A stretch of DNA of 45,008 nucleotides from Candidatus Brocadiia bacterium (GTDB taxonomy: Bacteria; Planctomycetota; Brocadiia; SM23-32): assembly GCA_046538485.1 (NCBI GenBank), contig JBKHIT010000039.1, positions 1 through 45,008 on the forward strand, written 5' to 3'. The position numbers and the translations under genes were made by a program. Within the stretch, counting starts at the first letter, position 1, and the number at the start of each line of letters is the position of its first letter. The notes beneath the pieces are model-generated. The model was not told where the DNA came from. It did no database searches and worked only from the letters and a program-made list of their open reading frames with translations. Positions 10,394 through 19,466 of this stretch are shown piece by piece.

Positions 10394-10440
10394 CCGGGCC
10401 TGACGACCCGGTCCACAGGCTGGAGAGCCTGTGCTACATG
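10394..10440 (-). repeat. REP-like double hairpin family B, copy 3 (GTAG-type)
   Basis: CCGGGCCtgacGACCCGG-t-CCACAGGCT-ggag-AGCCTGTGCTAC; minus strand starts with GTAG. Confidence 0.82.
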
Positions 10441-10494
10441 CGTTTCTTAAGGCCGTCTTATGGCGAACTCGCTATGGCCCCTCTGGTTTTGTCA

Positions 10495-12753
10495 TCACTC
10501 GAAGATCAACGTTCCATAGTGATGCGGGCATCTGAATCCAGAAAAATCGTACATGAAACTCCAGGTCGAGTAACCTTCCAGATTCCGGCAGAATTGGGCG
10601 CCCCACCGATCACCCGGCTTTGGGGAAGCGACAAGCCCGACGAATGGGATGGCCGCTTCAATCACGGATTCTTTATCCCCGACAGTCCGACGGAACGTGA
10701 GCCCTGAATTGAACCAGACTCCCGAACGCACCGACGATTCCCACCCGTTGGCGTTGTTCTCCGAATACCACCCCGCAAGATTCAACTGCAGGTGGAAATA
10801 GTCGACGTGATCGTGGTCCGGATCCAGACAAATCTCAACACACGGCAACCGCCAACCAAAATTGGCTTCTGTTCCCGGCGCATGGCGTTTTCCCCACCTG
10901 GGGATTTTAGGCTCCTTCGTGCTGTGCATCACCACGCCAATATACAGGTTTGCTTCGTCGTAAAGAACACGAATTTCAGTCTGTTTTTCCTGTGGTATTT
11001 TAGAATCAGGAACTTTTTTGCCTCCGAGGGGCACAAAGTCCGTTTGAATATCGGCCTTTTCCCAGGCCGATTCGTCGAGTTTACCATCGATTTTTACAGT
11101 TCGATCGGTTTTTCTGGCTCGTATTTCTTGGTACCCGTGCGCGATCATGAAATCCTGAAACGCTTCGCGCCGCGCCAGAGCGGCCGTCTCTCCCCAGTGC
11201 CACACTTTGCCCCGGAGCGTTTCGGCGACCCTGGCCTTTTCAGCAAGCTCGCTCTCTTTCAATAACGGGACCAGATTTTTGTATTTATTTTTCAGGACGG
11301 GAAGAGAACGTTTGAGTTGTGCGATTGCTTCCTTTCGCGGCAGCTCGCCGGCCCGATCCCGTTCGCGGTTCCATGTGGAAATGTAGTCATACAGCGCGCG
11401 GTAACAACCCGGTTCCCTCCCGGCAAGTTCGCGGCAGGTCAGTTTTAAAGACCGTTCCGGGTTGTAATCTTGCGCGTTCCACAGGTAGTCGTATGTCGTG
11501 ATTCGGGCAACAGCGCTCCCGCGTTCGTTGAAGATACATTGAACCGCCTTCGGAAGATCCGGGTCCCGTCCGGCACAAGCGGCCCAGTCACCACCACGGC
11601 ACAGGTTGTCGTAAATCTGCACTCTTTGTTCGGTCAGTCCAAACAGTTTCTGGTAGGTCGTCACACATTGCAGAGGTATCGTCTCGCTTGTCACTTCCTG
11701 TCCGCAGAAGGACAACCCCATGCCCTCCGGCAATCCGCCGGCTTCTCGGATCCCCTGCGTGTAGTTCAGGATATCCAGCGCATTCGCCCAGTATTGCTGG
11801 GGCATGAAAAACACGGTATTTCGAACGTCCCATTTTTTGATCCGCTCATACATGGTGCTCAGAAAATAAACCTGCGCTTTGTAGTAGTTCTTCTTGAAAC
11901 GGGCGGCCGTTTTCCGTGTCATGCCCTGTCCCGTATCGTCATATTTCAATACGAATTCACGACACCCCTTTTCATAACGTTTACGTGCATCAGCACACAA
12001 TTCGTCAATCCGCGCCTTGCTCGTATCCAGCTTTCCGATGTGCTGGATCCAGGCTCCATGTCTTCGGAATACTTCTGCATGTTCTGGTTTGTCCCCGGGA
12101 TATCCCCAGGCATAGTTCGCTTTGAAACGATACTCCCATCGTTTGGGTCGTTTGTTACCCCGGTATGGGAAATCTGGCCAGTCGCGGATTTTTGCGCCGC
12201 GCACATAAACCACGCCATCTACCTTGCAGGTCAGTTGCCGCAGGGTCTGGCAGGCCCAGAAATCCCCTGCCGGGGTGGAACCAGCCAGCACGATGGAGAG
12301 TTGTCCATCAGCGCCTTCCCCGATGTAAAGCGCATACGCATCCTCGCCGCGTTTTGCTGGCATTTTAACTCCGGCCTTCTTCAGCAACTCACCCGCTTCG
12401 CGGTTCCGCGAAGGCTCGCCGACGATTATGTGGGTTGTGCCCTTATGCTCGGACCCGTCAAGTATTTTATTAAGTTGTTCGACAACCGTCCGCGGCCCGT
12501 CGTAATCGCCCGCGGGCATGTCAATTTCTACCTTGCCTCCCACCGGGAAAAGCTTTTGTCCATATTCGACTTCCTGTGGAGTTGGGATAATAGCCAATTC
12601 CAAATCCCCGCCCATGTATGAGGGCATGAGATCGCCGATTGAGACAGGATCGGCAAACGCACTCGCGCATAAAGAAGCCAGCAGCACAGCTCCGACTAAA
12701 AATCGCATCATTGGCTCCAATCCCAAGATATGTTTTCGGAAGAAACTCAACAC
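10495..12753 (-). CDS. Secreted multidomain glycoside hydrolase-like protein (GH20 zincin-like N-domain, GH84-like barrel, CBM9-like C-terminal domain)
   Basis: Signal peptide (MMRFLVGAVLLASLCASAFA), IIPTPQ, G.F.A.QTLRQL, IRDWPDFPYRG, LKYDD, and IDGKLDESAW/YDEANLYI/EAAIPF. True start probably near 12711. Confidence 0.75.
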   Translation of the reverse strand: MLSFFRKHILGLEPMMRFLVGAVLLASLCASAFADPVSIGDLMPSYMGGDLELAIIPTPQEVEYGQKLFPVGGKVEIDMPAGDYDGPRTVVEQLNKILDGSEHKGTTHIIVGEPSRNREAGELLKKAGVKMPAKRGEDAYALYIGEGADGQLSIVLAGSTPAGDFWACQTLRQLTCKVDGVVYVRGAKIRDWPDFPYRGNKRPKRWEYRFKANYAWGYPGDKPEHAEVFRRHGAWIQHIGKLDTSKARIDELCADARKRYEKGCREFVLKYDDTGQGMTRKTAARFKKNYYKAQVYFLSTMYERIKKWDVRNTVFFMPQQYWANALDILNYTQGIREAGGLPEGMGLSFCGQEVTSETIPLQCVTTYQKLFGLTEQRVQIYDNLCRGGDWAACAGRDPDLPKAVQCIFNERGSAVARITTYDYLWNAQDYNPERSLKLTCRELAGREPGCYRALYDYISTWNRERDRAGELPRKEAIAQLKRSLPVLKNKYKNLVPLLKESELAEKARVAETLRGKVWHWGETAALARREAFQDFMIAHGYQEIRARKTDRTVKIDGKLDESAWEKADIQTDFVPLGGKKVPDSKIPQEKQTEIRVLYDEANLYIGVVMHSTKEPKIPRWGKRHAPGTEANFGWRLPCVEICLDPDHDHVDYFHLQLNLAGWYSENNANGWESSVRSGVWFNSGLTFRRTVGDKESVIEAAIPFVGLVASPKPGDRWGAQFCRNLEGYSTWSFMYDFSGFRCPHHYGTLIFE

Positions 12754-12811
12754 ACGGGCCAGTTCCTATTAAAGTGAAACCGGGCCGTTTGCAGGTAACC
12801 ATGGTGCTCAT
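12741..12811 (-). pseudogene. Frameshifted prepilin-leader remnant upstream of the glycosidase gene
   Basis: GGGAG RBS then MSTMVTCKRPGFTLI; removing one G at ATA-GGAA gives GFTLIELARVL, in frame with the downstream ORF. Confidence 0.45.
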
Positions 12812-13107
12812 CGTCTCCCTGCCACACCCAAATTCTTTTCAACCATTTTTACGTTTCCCAGTCTTGCTGCAACAAACAACAAACACCAGATTGAAACCTG
12901 GTACCGTTTGGCCAGTAGTCCATGGCTTTTGATTTTCGCGGCAACGCGGGGTCATAAGGCTACGAAACAACGAGATTACCCCGTGGCCTTCGGCTCCTCA
13001 CAACGACATTTTAAACGACTATATGTTCATTGCGAGGCCGCCGTACGGCGCGCCGAAGCAATCTCGCCGTTTTTATCACAACCCCCAACAAAGATTGTCA
13101 CAGACCG

Positions 13108-14565
13108 CTAAGTTTCAAATCGAAACGAATACAGACGGCAATCACGCAGCAAAAACCTGAGTCGCACTTTTTGCCCTGCAAGTTGCGATATATCCGGGTC
13201 CTCCCCCCAGCATACCGTCAATTGAGTCGAATTGCCCGTTGTGGGCAGCGTATCGTCAGCCCCATAACCTTCCAGCGGTTGGCCTGATTCGTCCTGAATC
13301 TCGACCCGAACGAATCCCCCGCCGCCGATCTCGGCATTAATGACAAGTTGCGCCCCGGAGAACTGCAGCGGGGGCGTCGTGAATTCCCCCGTCGCGTGGG
13401 TCGCATCGACGCTTGCAAAACCATCCTTCCGCAGAACTGCACGCCCTATGCCACTCAAGCGCCGGTCGGCAACCGGATCGAGGCGGCCATGATGGTCCCA
13501 GTTGCGGCCCGCGTAGTAAAACCAGAGCTGTTCGCCGACAGCTATCGGATCGGGCATGATCCATACCAGGCGCGAGTCAAAACGCCCGTCCGGCCCCGTC
13601 GGCAAGAAAGCGGCACGGTCTTCCGGTCGACTGAAATGTATTCCATCACGGCTCCATGCCAGTCGCGCGTCGATTGTTCCCGGCGCCAGCTCTTCTCTGC
13701 CGTCCTCTTTGATAATTTTTCCCTCGGGTCGCCACCAGTGCCAGTACGCCTGGGGCAGCATGATGTAAAAGTCCCCGGCGTCGGGATAGCGAAACACCGC
13801 GGCTCCGTAATAATCCACGGGTGGCTGGTCTGTCGGCGTCTCTGCAAGATTCAGATCTGTCTCATCGGCTTCCATTACCACAGATTCATTATCCCAATGC
13901 ACCAGGTCATCCGACTCCAGACGACGGACCGCCCGGTAATTTCGGTGCGTATTGTCGAATCGGAACCATTCCCGGGTGTACATGATGTAGCGTTCAATAC
14001 GGTCGTCCCAAAACACGACGCTCTGCGTATCCCAGGGCCCTTCCACCTCAATTGGAGCCCGTTGCCAGCGGAGTCCATCGGGCGAAACGTAACGTCGGAA
14101 TTCCGACGGCTGAGGGTTATCCGGGTACCCGGGATAGGCTTTCTGCTGCGTCTGATAACGTTCTGCCTTCGGCGCGCGGGTATTCTTCCATACTGATCCA
14201 CCGCCATCGGGTCCGAGGATGACGACGTTATTCTCTCGCGATCCGTCGAGTTCATGCAGCCCAAGACGCGGTTTCGACCATCGTACACCATTCTCTGATT
14301 CCGCATAACAGACGGAGCGAGTGTTCTCCGAACTCAGAAAATACCAGGCGCGAAAAAGTCCCTCTTCTCGCATAACGGATCCGTAGAGTCCTATGGATTT
14401 ATTCTGTTCCCATCGGGCATTCGGGCGGATCAAGGCTCCCCCGACTCTCTGCGGGCAATGGAACCGACGCCGTATCCCCCGGCCTTGCGCAATGAGCCGA
14501 TCATCGAGCATCAGCTGGATGCGATCCCCAATGAACATCGCTTCTGTGTCCTCATTTTTCGGCAC
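13108..14565 (-). CDS. Five-bladed beta-propeller glycoside-hydrolase-like protein
   Basis: YAESENGVRW, SPDGLRW, WDTQSVVFWD, SRDGIHF, LRKDGFAS and LYSFRF motifs; AGGAGG RBS before GTG. Confidence 0.75.
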   Translation of the reverse strand: MPKNEDTEAMFIGDRIQLMLDDRLIAQGRGIRRRFHCPQRVGGALIRPNARWEQNKSIGLYGSVMREEGLFRAWYFLSSENTRSVCYAESENGVRWSKPRLGLHELDGSRENNVVILGPDGGGSVWKNTRAPKAERYQTQQKAYPGYPDNPQPSEFRRYVSPDGLRWQRAPIEVEGPWDTQSVVFWDDRIERYIMYTREWFRFDNTHRNYRAVRRLESDDLVHWDNESVVMEADETDLNLAETPTDQPPVDYYGAAVFRYPDAGDFYIMLPQAYWHWWRPEGKIIKEDGREELAPGTIDARLAWSRDGIHFSRPEDRAAFLPTGPDGRFDSRLVWIMPDPIAVGEQLWFYYAGRNWDHHGRLDPVADRRLSGIGRAVLRKDGFASVDATHATGEFTTPPLQFSGAQLVINAEIGGGGFVRVEIQDESGQPLEGYGADDTLPTTGNSTQLTVCWGEDPDISQLAGQKVRLRFLLRDCRLYSFRFET

Positions 14566-14622
14566 GACATGCCTCCTACAGATAAGGCGACTGTTCGGTT
14601 TAACATCCGAAAATCAGTTGTG

Positions 14623-14899
14623 CTACCGTTTTTTCACTGAAAAATATTGCTGAGCGACCTCCGTCGCCTTCGCTCCCCCGGCAAAAGCCCAGAACGATTC
14701 TGCATCTTGTCCAATGAAATAGGTCCCCATCGTGATCTGCTTCAGATTGTTGATGCAGGAGACTGTTCTTGCTGCGTCCCGGGCTTTCTCCAGAGCGGGC
14801 ATCAGCATCGCCGCCAGAATCGCGATAATCGCGATGACCACAAGCAGCTCGATTAAAGTGAAACCCGACATTTTTTTTTGCCGGTCGCGCGCGCAACAT
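14623..14899 (-). pseudogene. Short or truncated prepilin-type (DUF1559-like) gene with frameshift in an A9 tract
   Basis: [38 protein letters not shown], ending after 82 aa. The RBS-associated ATG at 14899 is one base out of frame across the run at 14871-14879. Confidence 0.7.
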
Positions 14900-15009
14900 C
14901 AATCTCCTCAGAAATATCTCGGGGCTTTGAATCATCTACAGCGTATTGCACAAATGCAAAAAAAACAAAATCTTTTCGCTCAAACCCGCCAAGAAAAAAG
15001 TCAGAAAGA

Positions 15010-16437
15010 TCATCCGTAAAGATAGTCTACGTACTGCCAGTGGAACTCCGGCTTCCTGTGTTCACCTTCCATCTTTTGCACCGCTCTATCTTCTTCTACC
15101 AGACGATCCAGTTTTTCAGAATCGGTGAGCGGGTCGCCGGTTTCTCGACACCAATCGGCGAGGACGCCAGAAAGTTCTTGCTTAATTTTTGCGTGCTGCG
15201 CGCTGCCAGACAGGTCACGGAATTCGTGGGGGTCTTCTCGTAGATCGTAGAGTTCGACGGGCTTGGGCCTTCGCCAGGCAGCGTAGGCGCCCCGAACGTC
15301 TTCAGCCGCGCCGTCAATCTCCGACTGAGAAGCACCGGTATCCACCAGTGCCTGCTGCGTGTAGTATCTTTCCACCGGATTATCCTGATCTGTCAGCAAG
15401 GTGCGGATCAACTTGTAGCGTCCGTCACGAACCGTTCGTTGCGGATACAAGAGCGACGGCAACGGATAAGGATGACTCGTATTCCACTCGCAGAAAAGAT
15501 GAGACCGCCATTCTGTCTCCTGCCCGAACACAAGTGGCATCAGGGATAGGCCCGGCAACTTTTCATCGGCTTCCAGCCCGGCTGCTTCCAGGATGGTCGG
15601 CATAATATCAATGGAGGAAACCAGGCGCTCCGGGACCCTCCCTTGACCGGGAGCTCCGGGCCAGCGGACGATGAACGGCACCTTGACGGCAAGCTCGTAT
15701 GCTGCAGCCTTACCCCTTGAGAATTGTGGACCGTGATCGGCCAGATAGATGATGAGGGTATCCTCCAGGTGACCGGACCGTTCCAGCTCTTCCATAAGCA
15801 TGCCGAAACCTGTATCCAGGCGGCTCATACAATTGTAGTAGTCCGCTGCTCGCCCTCGGAGCCGTGGCGTATCCACGCCAACTCCTGGTGGAACCTGAAC
15901 ATCGTCGGCTTCAAAAGGTTTGTCCGGTATCCCGAATTCCTGCCGGAGCCAGGGCAGATGGGCGTCAGCATAATTGACCATGAGAAAGAACGGATCGTTG
16001 CTTTCACTCATGAAACGTCCCGCCACTTCCGCCGTTGTTTTCACGTCACGGTGCTGGAAACTGATCCGTTCCGGGTCACGCCACCACATGTCGAACGGGA
16101 ACGCCGATTCCGGCAGCACGTGCAGTTTTCCTATCAAACCGGTCCGATAACCGGCACCCTTCAACATGCTGGGAATGGTCCGGAAGGATTCGTGCATGGT
16201 GAACCGATGAGTCGCGAGCCCAATCTGCCCGTTTTGATGGGGATAGAGTCCCGTGAGTATGCTGGCACGGGATGGGCTGCACACTGCCTGGGTGATGTAG
16301 GCTTCTTCGAAAGCAGCGCCCTCCGATGCAAGTCGATCCAGATTCGGAGTTTGCACCACGCGATCACCATAGCAACTCAAATGAAGGCCGTTATCTTCCG
16401 ATGTGATGAGCAGTATGTTCAATCCCTCGTGAGACAT
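15010..16437 (-). CDS. Sulfatase (formylglycine-dependent; heparan N-sulfatase-like)
   Basis: NILLITSED, TPNLDRLA, CSPSRASILTG, GKLH, DHG and ELYDL..DP.E motifs. ORF extends to GTG 16560, overlapping the upstream stop. Confidence 0.92.
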   Translation of the reverse strand: MSHEGLNILLITSEDNGLHLSCYGDRVVQTPNLDRLASEGAAFEEAYITQAVCSPSRASILTGLYPHQNGQIGLATHRFTMHESFRTIPSMLKGAGYRTGLIGKLHVLPESAFPFDMWWRDPERISFQHRDVKTTAEVAGRFMSESNDPFFLMVNYADAHLPWLRQEFGIPDKPFEADDVQVPPGVGVDTPRLRGRAADYYNCMSRLDTGFGMLMEELERSGHLEDTLIIYLADHGPQFSRGKAAAYELAVKVPFIVRWPGAPGQGRVPERLVSSIDIMPTILEAAGLEADEKLPGLSLMPLVFGQETEWRSHLFCEWNTSHPYPLPSLLYPQRTVRDGRYKLIRTLLTDQDNPVERYYTQQALVDTGASQSEIDGAAEDVRGAYAAWRRPKPVELYDLREDPHEFRDLSGSAQHAKIKQELSGVLADWCRETGDPLTDSEKLDRLVEEDRAVQKMEGEHRKPEFHWQYVDYLYG

Positions 16438-16556
16438 CTCATATTCCTTTCGATTTCGGTCTTTTCCGCGATTCTTTCCATAACGGCGGTCGCACCTGCG
16501 CGGATAGTATAAGCTTTTTGACAGTCCCTTTTTCTCTTTCCGGAGATCAGACGCAC

Positions 16557-17615
16557 TCACGGCACAAAATTTTCGCCGCCAGTCAGTGAAAAAATGAATT
16601 CGGCAAGGAGTCTTGCGGCGTTTTCCACATCCGATAACGAGAATGTTTCCACCGGGCTGTGCATGTAGCGTACCGGGATGCCGATCAGACCTGTCGCGAC
16701 ACCGGCTCTGGACATCTGAATGGGGTTTGCATCGGTCATTGTGACTTTTGGCACGGGTCTTATCTGCACCTGAACGTCAGCACGACGTGCAGCTTCGCGT
16801 AGCAGCTCATCCACTTTCGGGTTTACGTTGGCCCCGCGACACAGAACGGGTCCGCTACCGACTTTTACATCTCCCACATACTTCTTCTCGCTGGTAGGAT
16901 AATCACTGGCATGGGTCACGTCGAGAGCAATCGCTACCTGAGGAGCGATTCCGAAACAACTGGTTCTCGCGCCGCGCGAACCGATCTCTTCCTGGACAGT
17001 CGATACCGCCCAAACTCCCGCGATTATTTCTCGCTCCTGGAGCAGCCGCAACGTTTCTGAGCAAATGAATACTCCCACCCTGTCATCAACAGATGGAGAC
17101 GCTATCCGGTCGCCCAGCAAATCTTTGGGGCCTTTACAGCTCACGATCGGATCTCCAATGCTGACCGTCTTTTCCGCTTCCTCCCTGTCCGCAGCACCGA
17201 TATCCACCCAGAGGTCGGCAATTTCCGCTTTTTTCTTTTCGTCCTCGTCATCTTTGCCATGCGGGGCACGTTTTCCAATAACCCCGTTGACTTTTCCGTT
17301 TCGCGTCATCACGTCCACGAACAATCCCGGTGCCACAGCGGGATCAAACCCGCCGACACCACCGACTTCCAGCATTCCCTGATCGTTGATATTCATCACC
17401 ATCAGGCCAATTTCATCGCAATGGCCGGCCAGCATGACTTTGAACTCTTCCCCCGGATTGAGCACAGCCGCCGCGTTCCCGTGGACATCTTTGCGAGTGA
17501 TGTCGGCGAACGGTGTGGTCCGTTCGAGCCAGAGCTGCTGCAGGGAGCTTTCAAAACCCGAGGGGGCTGCCGTTGCCAGCAGACGCCCAAGAAACTTCTG
17601 TGATTCTTCTTCCAT
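16557..17615 (-). CDS. M42 family metallopeptidase (aminopeptidase/endoglucanase-like)
   Basis: PSGFE, GHCDEIG, DDRVG, VQEEIG.RGA, DVTHA, TDA and RYMHSP metal-binding motifs. Confidence 0.93.
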   Translation of the reverse strand: MEEESQKFLGRLLATAAPSGFESSLQQLWLERTTPFADITRKDVHGNAAAVLNPGEEFKVMLAGHCDEIGLMVMNINDQGMLEVGGVGGFDPAVAPGLFVDVMTRNGKVNGVIGKRAPHGKDDEDEKKKAEIADLWVDIGAADREEAEKTVSIGDPIVSCKGPKDLLGDRIASPSVDDRVGVFICSETLRLLQEREIIAGVWAVSTVQEEIGSRGARTSCFGIAPQVAIALDVTHASDYPTSEKKYVGDVKVGSGPVLCRGANVNPKVDELLREAARRADVQVQIRPVPKVTMTDANPIQMSRAGVATGLIGIPVRYMHSPVETFSLSDVENAARLLAEFIFSLTGGENFVP

Positions 17616-17803
17616 ATCCTTCGTCCTCCCGTGATAGCTGGCCTTTCCTGCGTGGTATCGAGCAAAGCCCAGCCACAGTGATCATTGTCAATCCATCGAA
17701 ACCCGGGCCAACTCTATCCGTCCTCCGGCGAACGGTCCTTCCGGACTCTGGAGCATCAGGCGGATGAGGCTCATGTATCTTCCTTCTCAGTCTGACGAAA
17801 ACT

Positions 17804-17845
17804 GAGCGGACTGGACTTCAGCCTGAGGCTGGAGTTCAGAACACG
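17804..17845 (+). repeat. REP-like hairpin family A, copy 4
   Basis: GAGCGGACTGGACTTCAGCCTGAGGCTGGAGTTCAGAACACG. Confidence 0.85.
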
Positions 17846-18064
17846 AACACATTGAAGAACTGCATTGTGTATCTCCACTTCGTAAAGTGATCTCGCCGCC
17901 CACATTTGCCCCAACAACAATCCCCTTCGCCCCAGGCTACGGAGCACAGGTGGATTGCTGCTGCGGCCATGCCGCTTCAAAATGACATTTAAGCTCTAAG
18001 TAGCGAATGGAATGTCCACGAAACGAGTACGACTTTTCTAAAGTCTGCTGGGAACTGGAATGTT

Positions 18065-19393
18065 CTACTTCTTCGAATCCAGCGCTGCGTATGTGGAATA
18101 AGGGCATTCGGGGGAAAGCGACAAATGACCCCCCGGAAGCGCCACAGGACTGCAACCACAGAAGAATGCTTTCGGGTCCTGACCCAGTTCATCGCGCAAG
18201 TCATCCCACATATCGCGTGACTCCGTGCTCAGATAAATGGGGATATCGGAATCATGCCGGCGAATTTCACGGATGAAAAACTGATAGATCTCCCGGCGCA
18301 CATCCGGCGGGAATGGACCGGTCCGCACATCTTTCATCTCATCCTGAGCATCCTGGGCCGCTTTAAGATATTCCGGATCAAATTCCTCCGGATCGATGCG
18401 ATCGATCATAGTCTCATAATCCATCCACATCAGAACGCAAAAACCCAGGGATTCCGAGTTACCGATCTTCAAAGCATTCTCAATGGCTTTTGAATAGCTC
18501 TCTCGCCAGCCCTTTGCAGGCACAATCGGTTTGAACTTGTACCGAACCGGGATGCCCATTTCACAGCATTTTTCCCCGGCTTTGAACCGGCCGATGGCCT
18601 CGCCCGCTCCGGGCTCAATCCTCGAAGCTACTTGATCGCACGTTACACTGAATATGCCGATCAGCCGATCTTTGTGCGGAAGCTCGGCGATCCAATCAAC
18701 ATGAGCACTCGCCGTATGAAAATAGCCGTAACGATTGTCATACTCGGCCAGTTTTTGCGTGAAAAGGTCGAACATACCATATTCGGGTTCAAACACCACT
18801 TGATCGGCTCCCAAGCCGAGCAGGCGAAAACATTTCTGATACTGCTTCTCCTCGATCGTTGGCCCAACGACCTGCTCGATATAATCCTCCAGGTTAACCG
18901 CCATGGCAATCCACTTGCCATACTGTCCGTCCACGCAGTAACGGCAACCATGGGGGCAACCGGTCATCGTGTTAAAGTCGAAAGTCGGCCAGCAAACCAT
19001 GTTCTTCTCGACGTCTGCATTCCTCTCATGTTGCTCTGTAATGGTCGAAAACTGGCCGTACAGGTGTTTTAACAAACCTTCGCTGTTTTCCGGACAACCT
19101 TCGCTGAGAGCTTTCACATCCGTTTTCTCTTCTCCCAGTTCCAAAGTTGTAAATACCAGAGGACGGTAATAAGTTGGTTCAACTCCCGGTGAGGTCGATT
19201 CGGGCGGCCACAGCTCCTGCAATTCTGCTGTCACTTCTGGGAGATTTGAATCTGTCACCGTGACCACTTCATCGGGCTGTTCGTCGCAGCCTGTCAGAAC
19301 GCGTTCGACCCGTTCGGCACACGCCGGATCGTCCCATACTCTCTCTAAAACATACGCCTTCATCGGTCTGAGCGGGTACATGTCTTTCTCCAA
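18065..19393 (-). CDS. Radical SAM protein, spore photoproduct lyase-like
   Basis: CxxxCxxC motif (GCPHGCRYC), ..VNLEDY, IEPGA, KPIVP and IYLSTES.DMW resemble the SplB family. Confidence 0.7.
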   Translation of the reverse strand: MEKDMYPLRPMKAYVLERVWDDPACAERVERVLTGCDEQPDEVVTVTDSNLPEVTAELQELWPPESTSPGVEPTYYRPLVFTTLELGEEKTDVKALSEGCPENSEGLLKHLYGQFSTITEQHERNADVEKNMVCWPTFDFNTMTGCPHGCRYCVDGQYGKWIAMAVNLEDYIEQVVGPTIEEKQYQKCFRLLGLGADQVVFEPEYGMFDLFTQKLAEYDNRYGYFHTASAHVDWIAELPHKDRLIGIFSVTCDQVASRIEPGAGEAIGRFKAGEKCCEMGIPVRYKFKPIVPAKGWRESYSKAIENALKIGNSESLGFCVLMWMDYETMIDRIDPEEFDPEYLKAAQDAQDEMKDVRTGPFPPDVRREIYQFFIREIRRHDSDIPIYLSTESRDMWDDLRDELGQDPKAFFCGCSPVALPGGHLSLSPECPYSTYAALDSKK

Positions 19394-19466
19394 AAATTCT
19401 CGTCAGATTATCAGTTTGTCATTTCATCCGCAGTTTACCACTACGCTCGGTACCCGATCCAGTCTG

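Noticed and set aside
11470..12621. Long antisense ORFs (also 3351-4178, 13348-14196, 20394-21611, 35699-36634, 38819-39757)
   Set aside because: Shadow ORFs opposite well-supported genes in GC-rich DNA, with no recognisable motifs.
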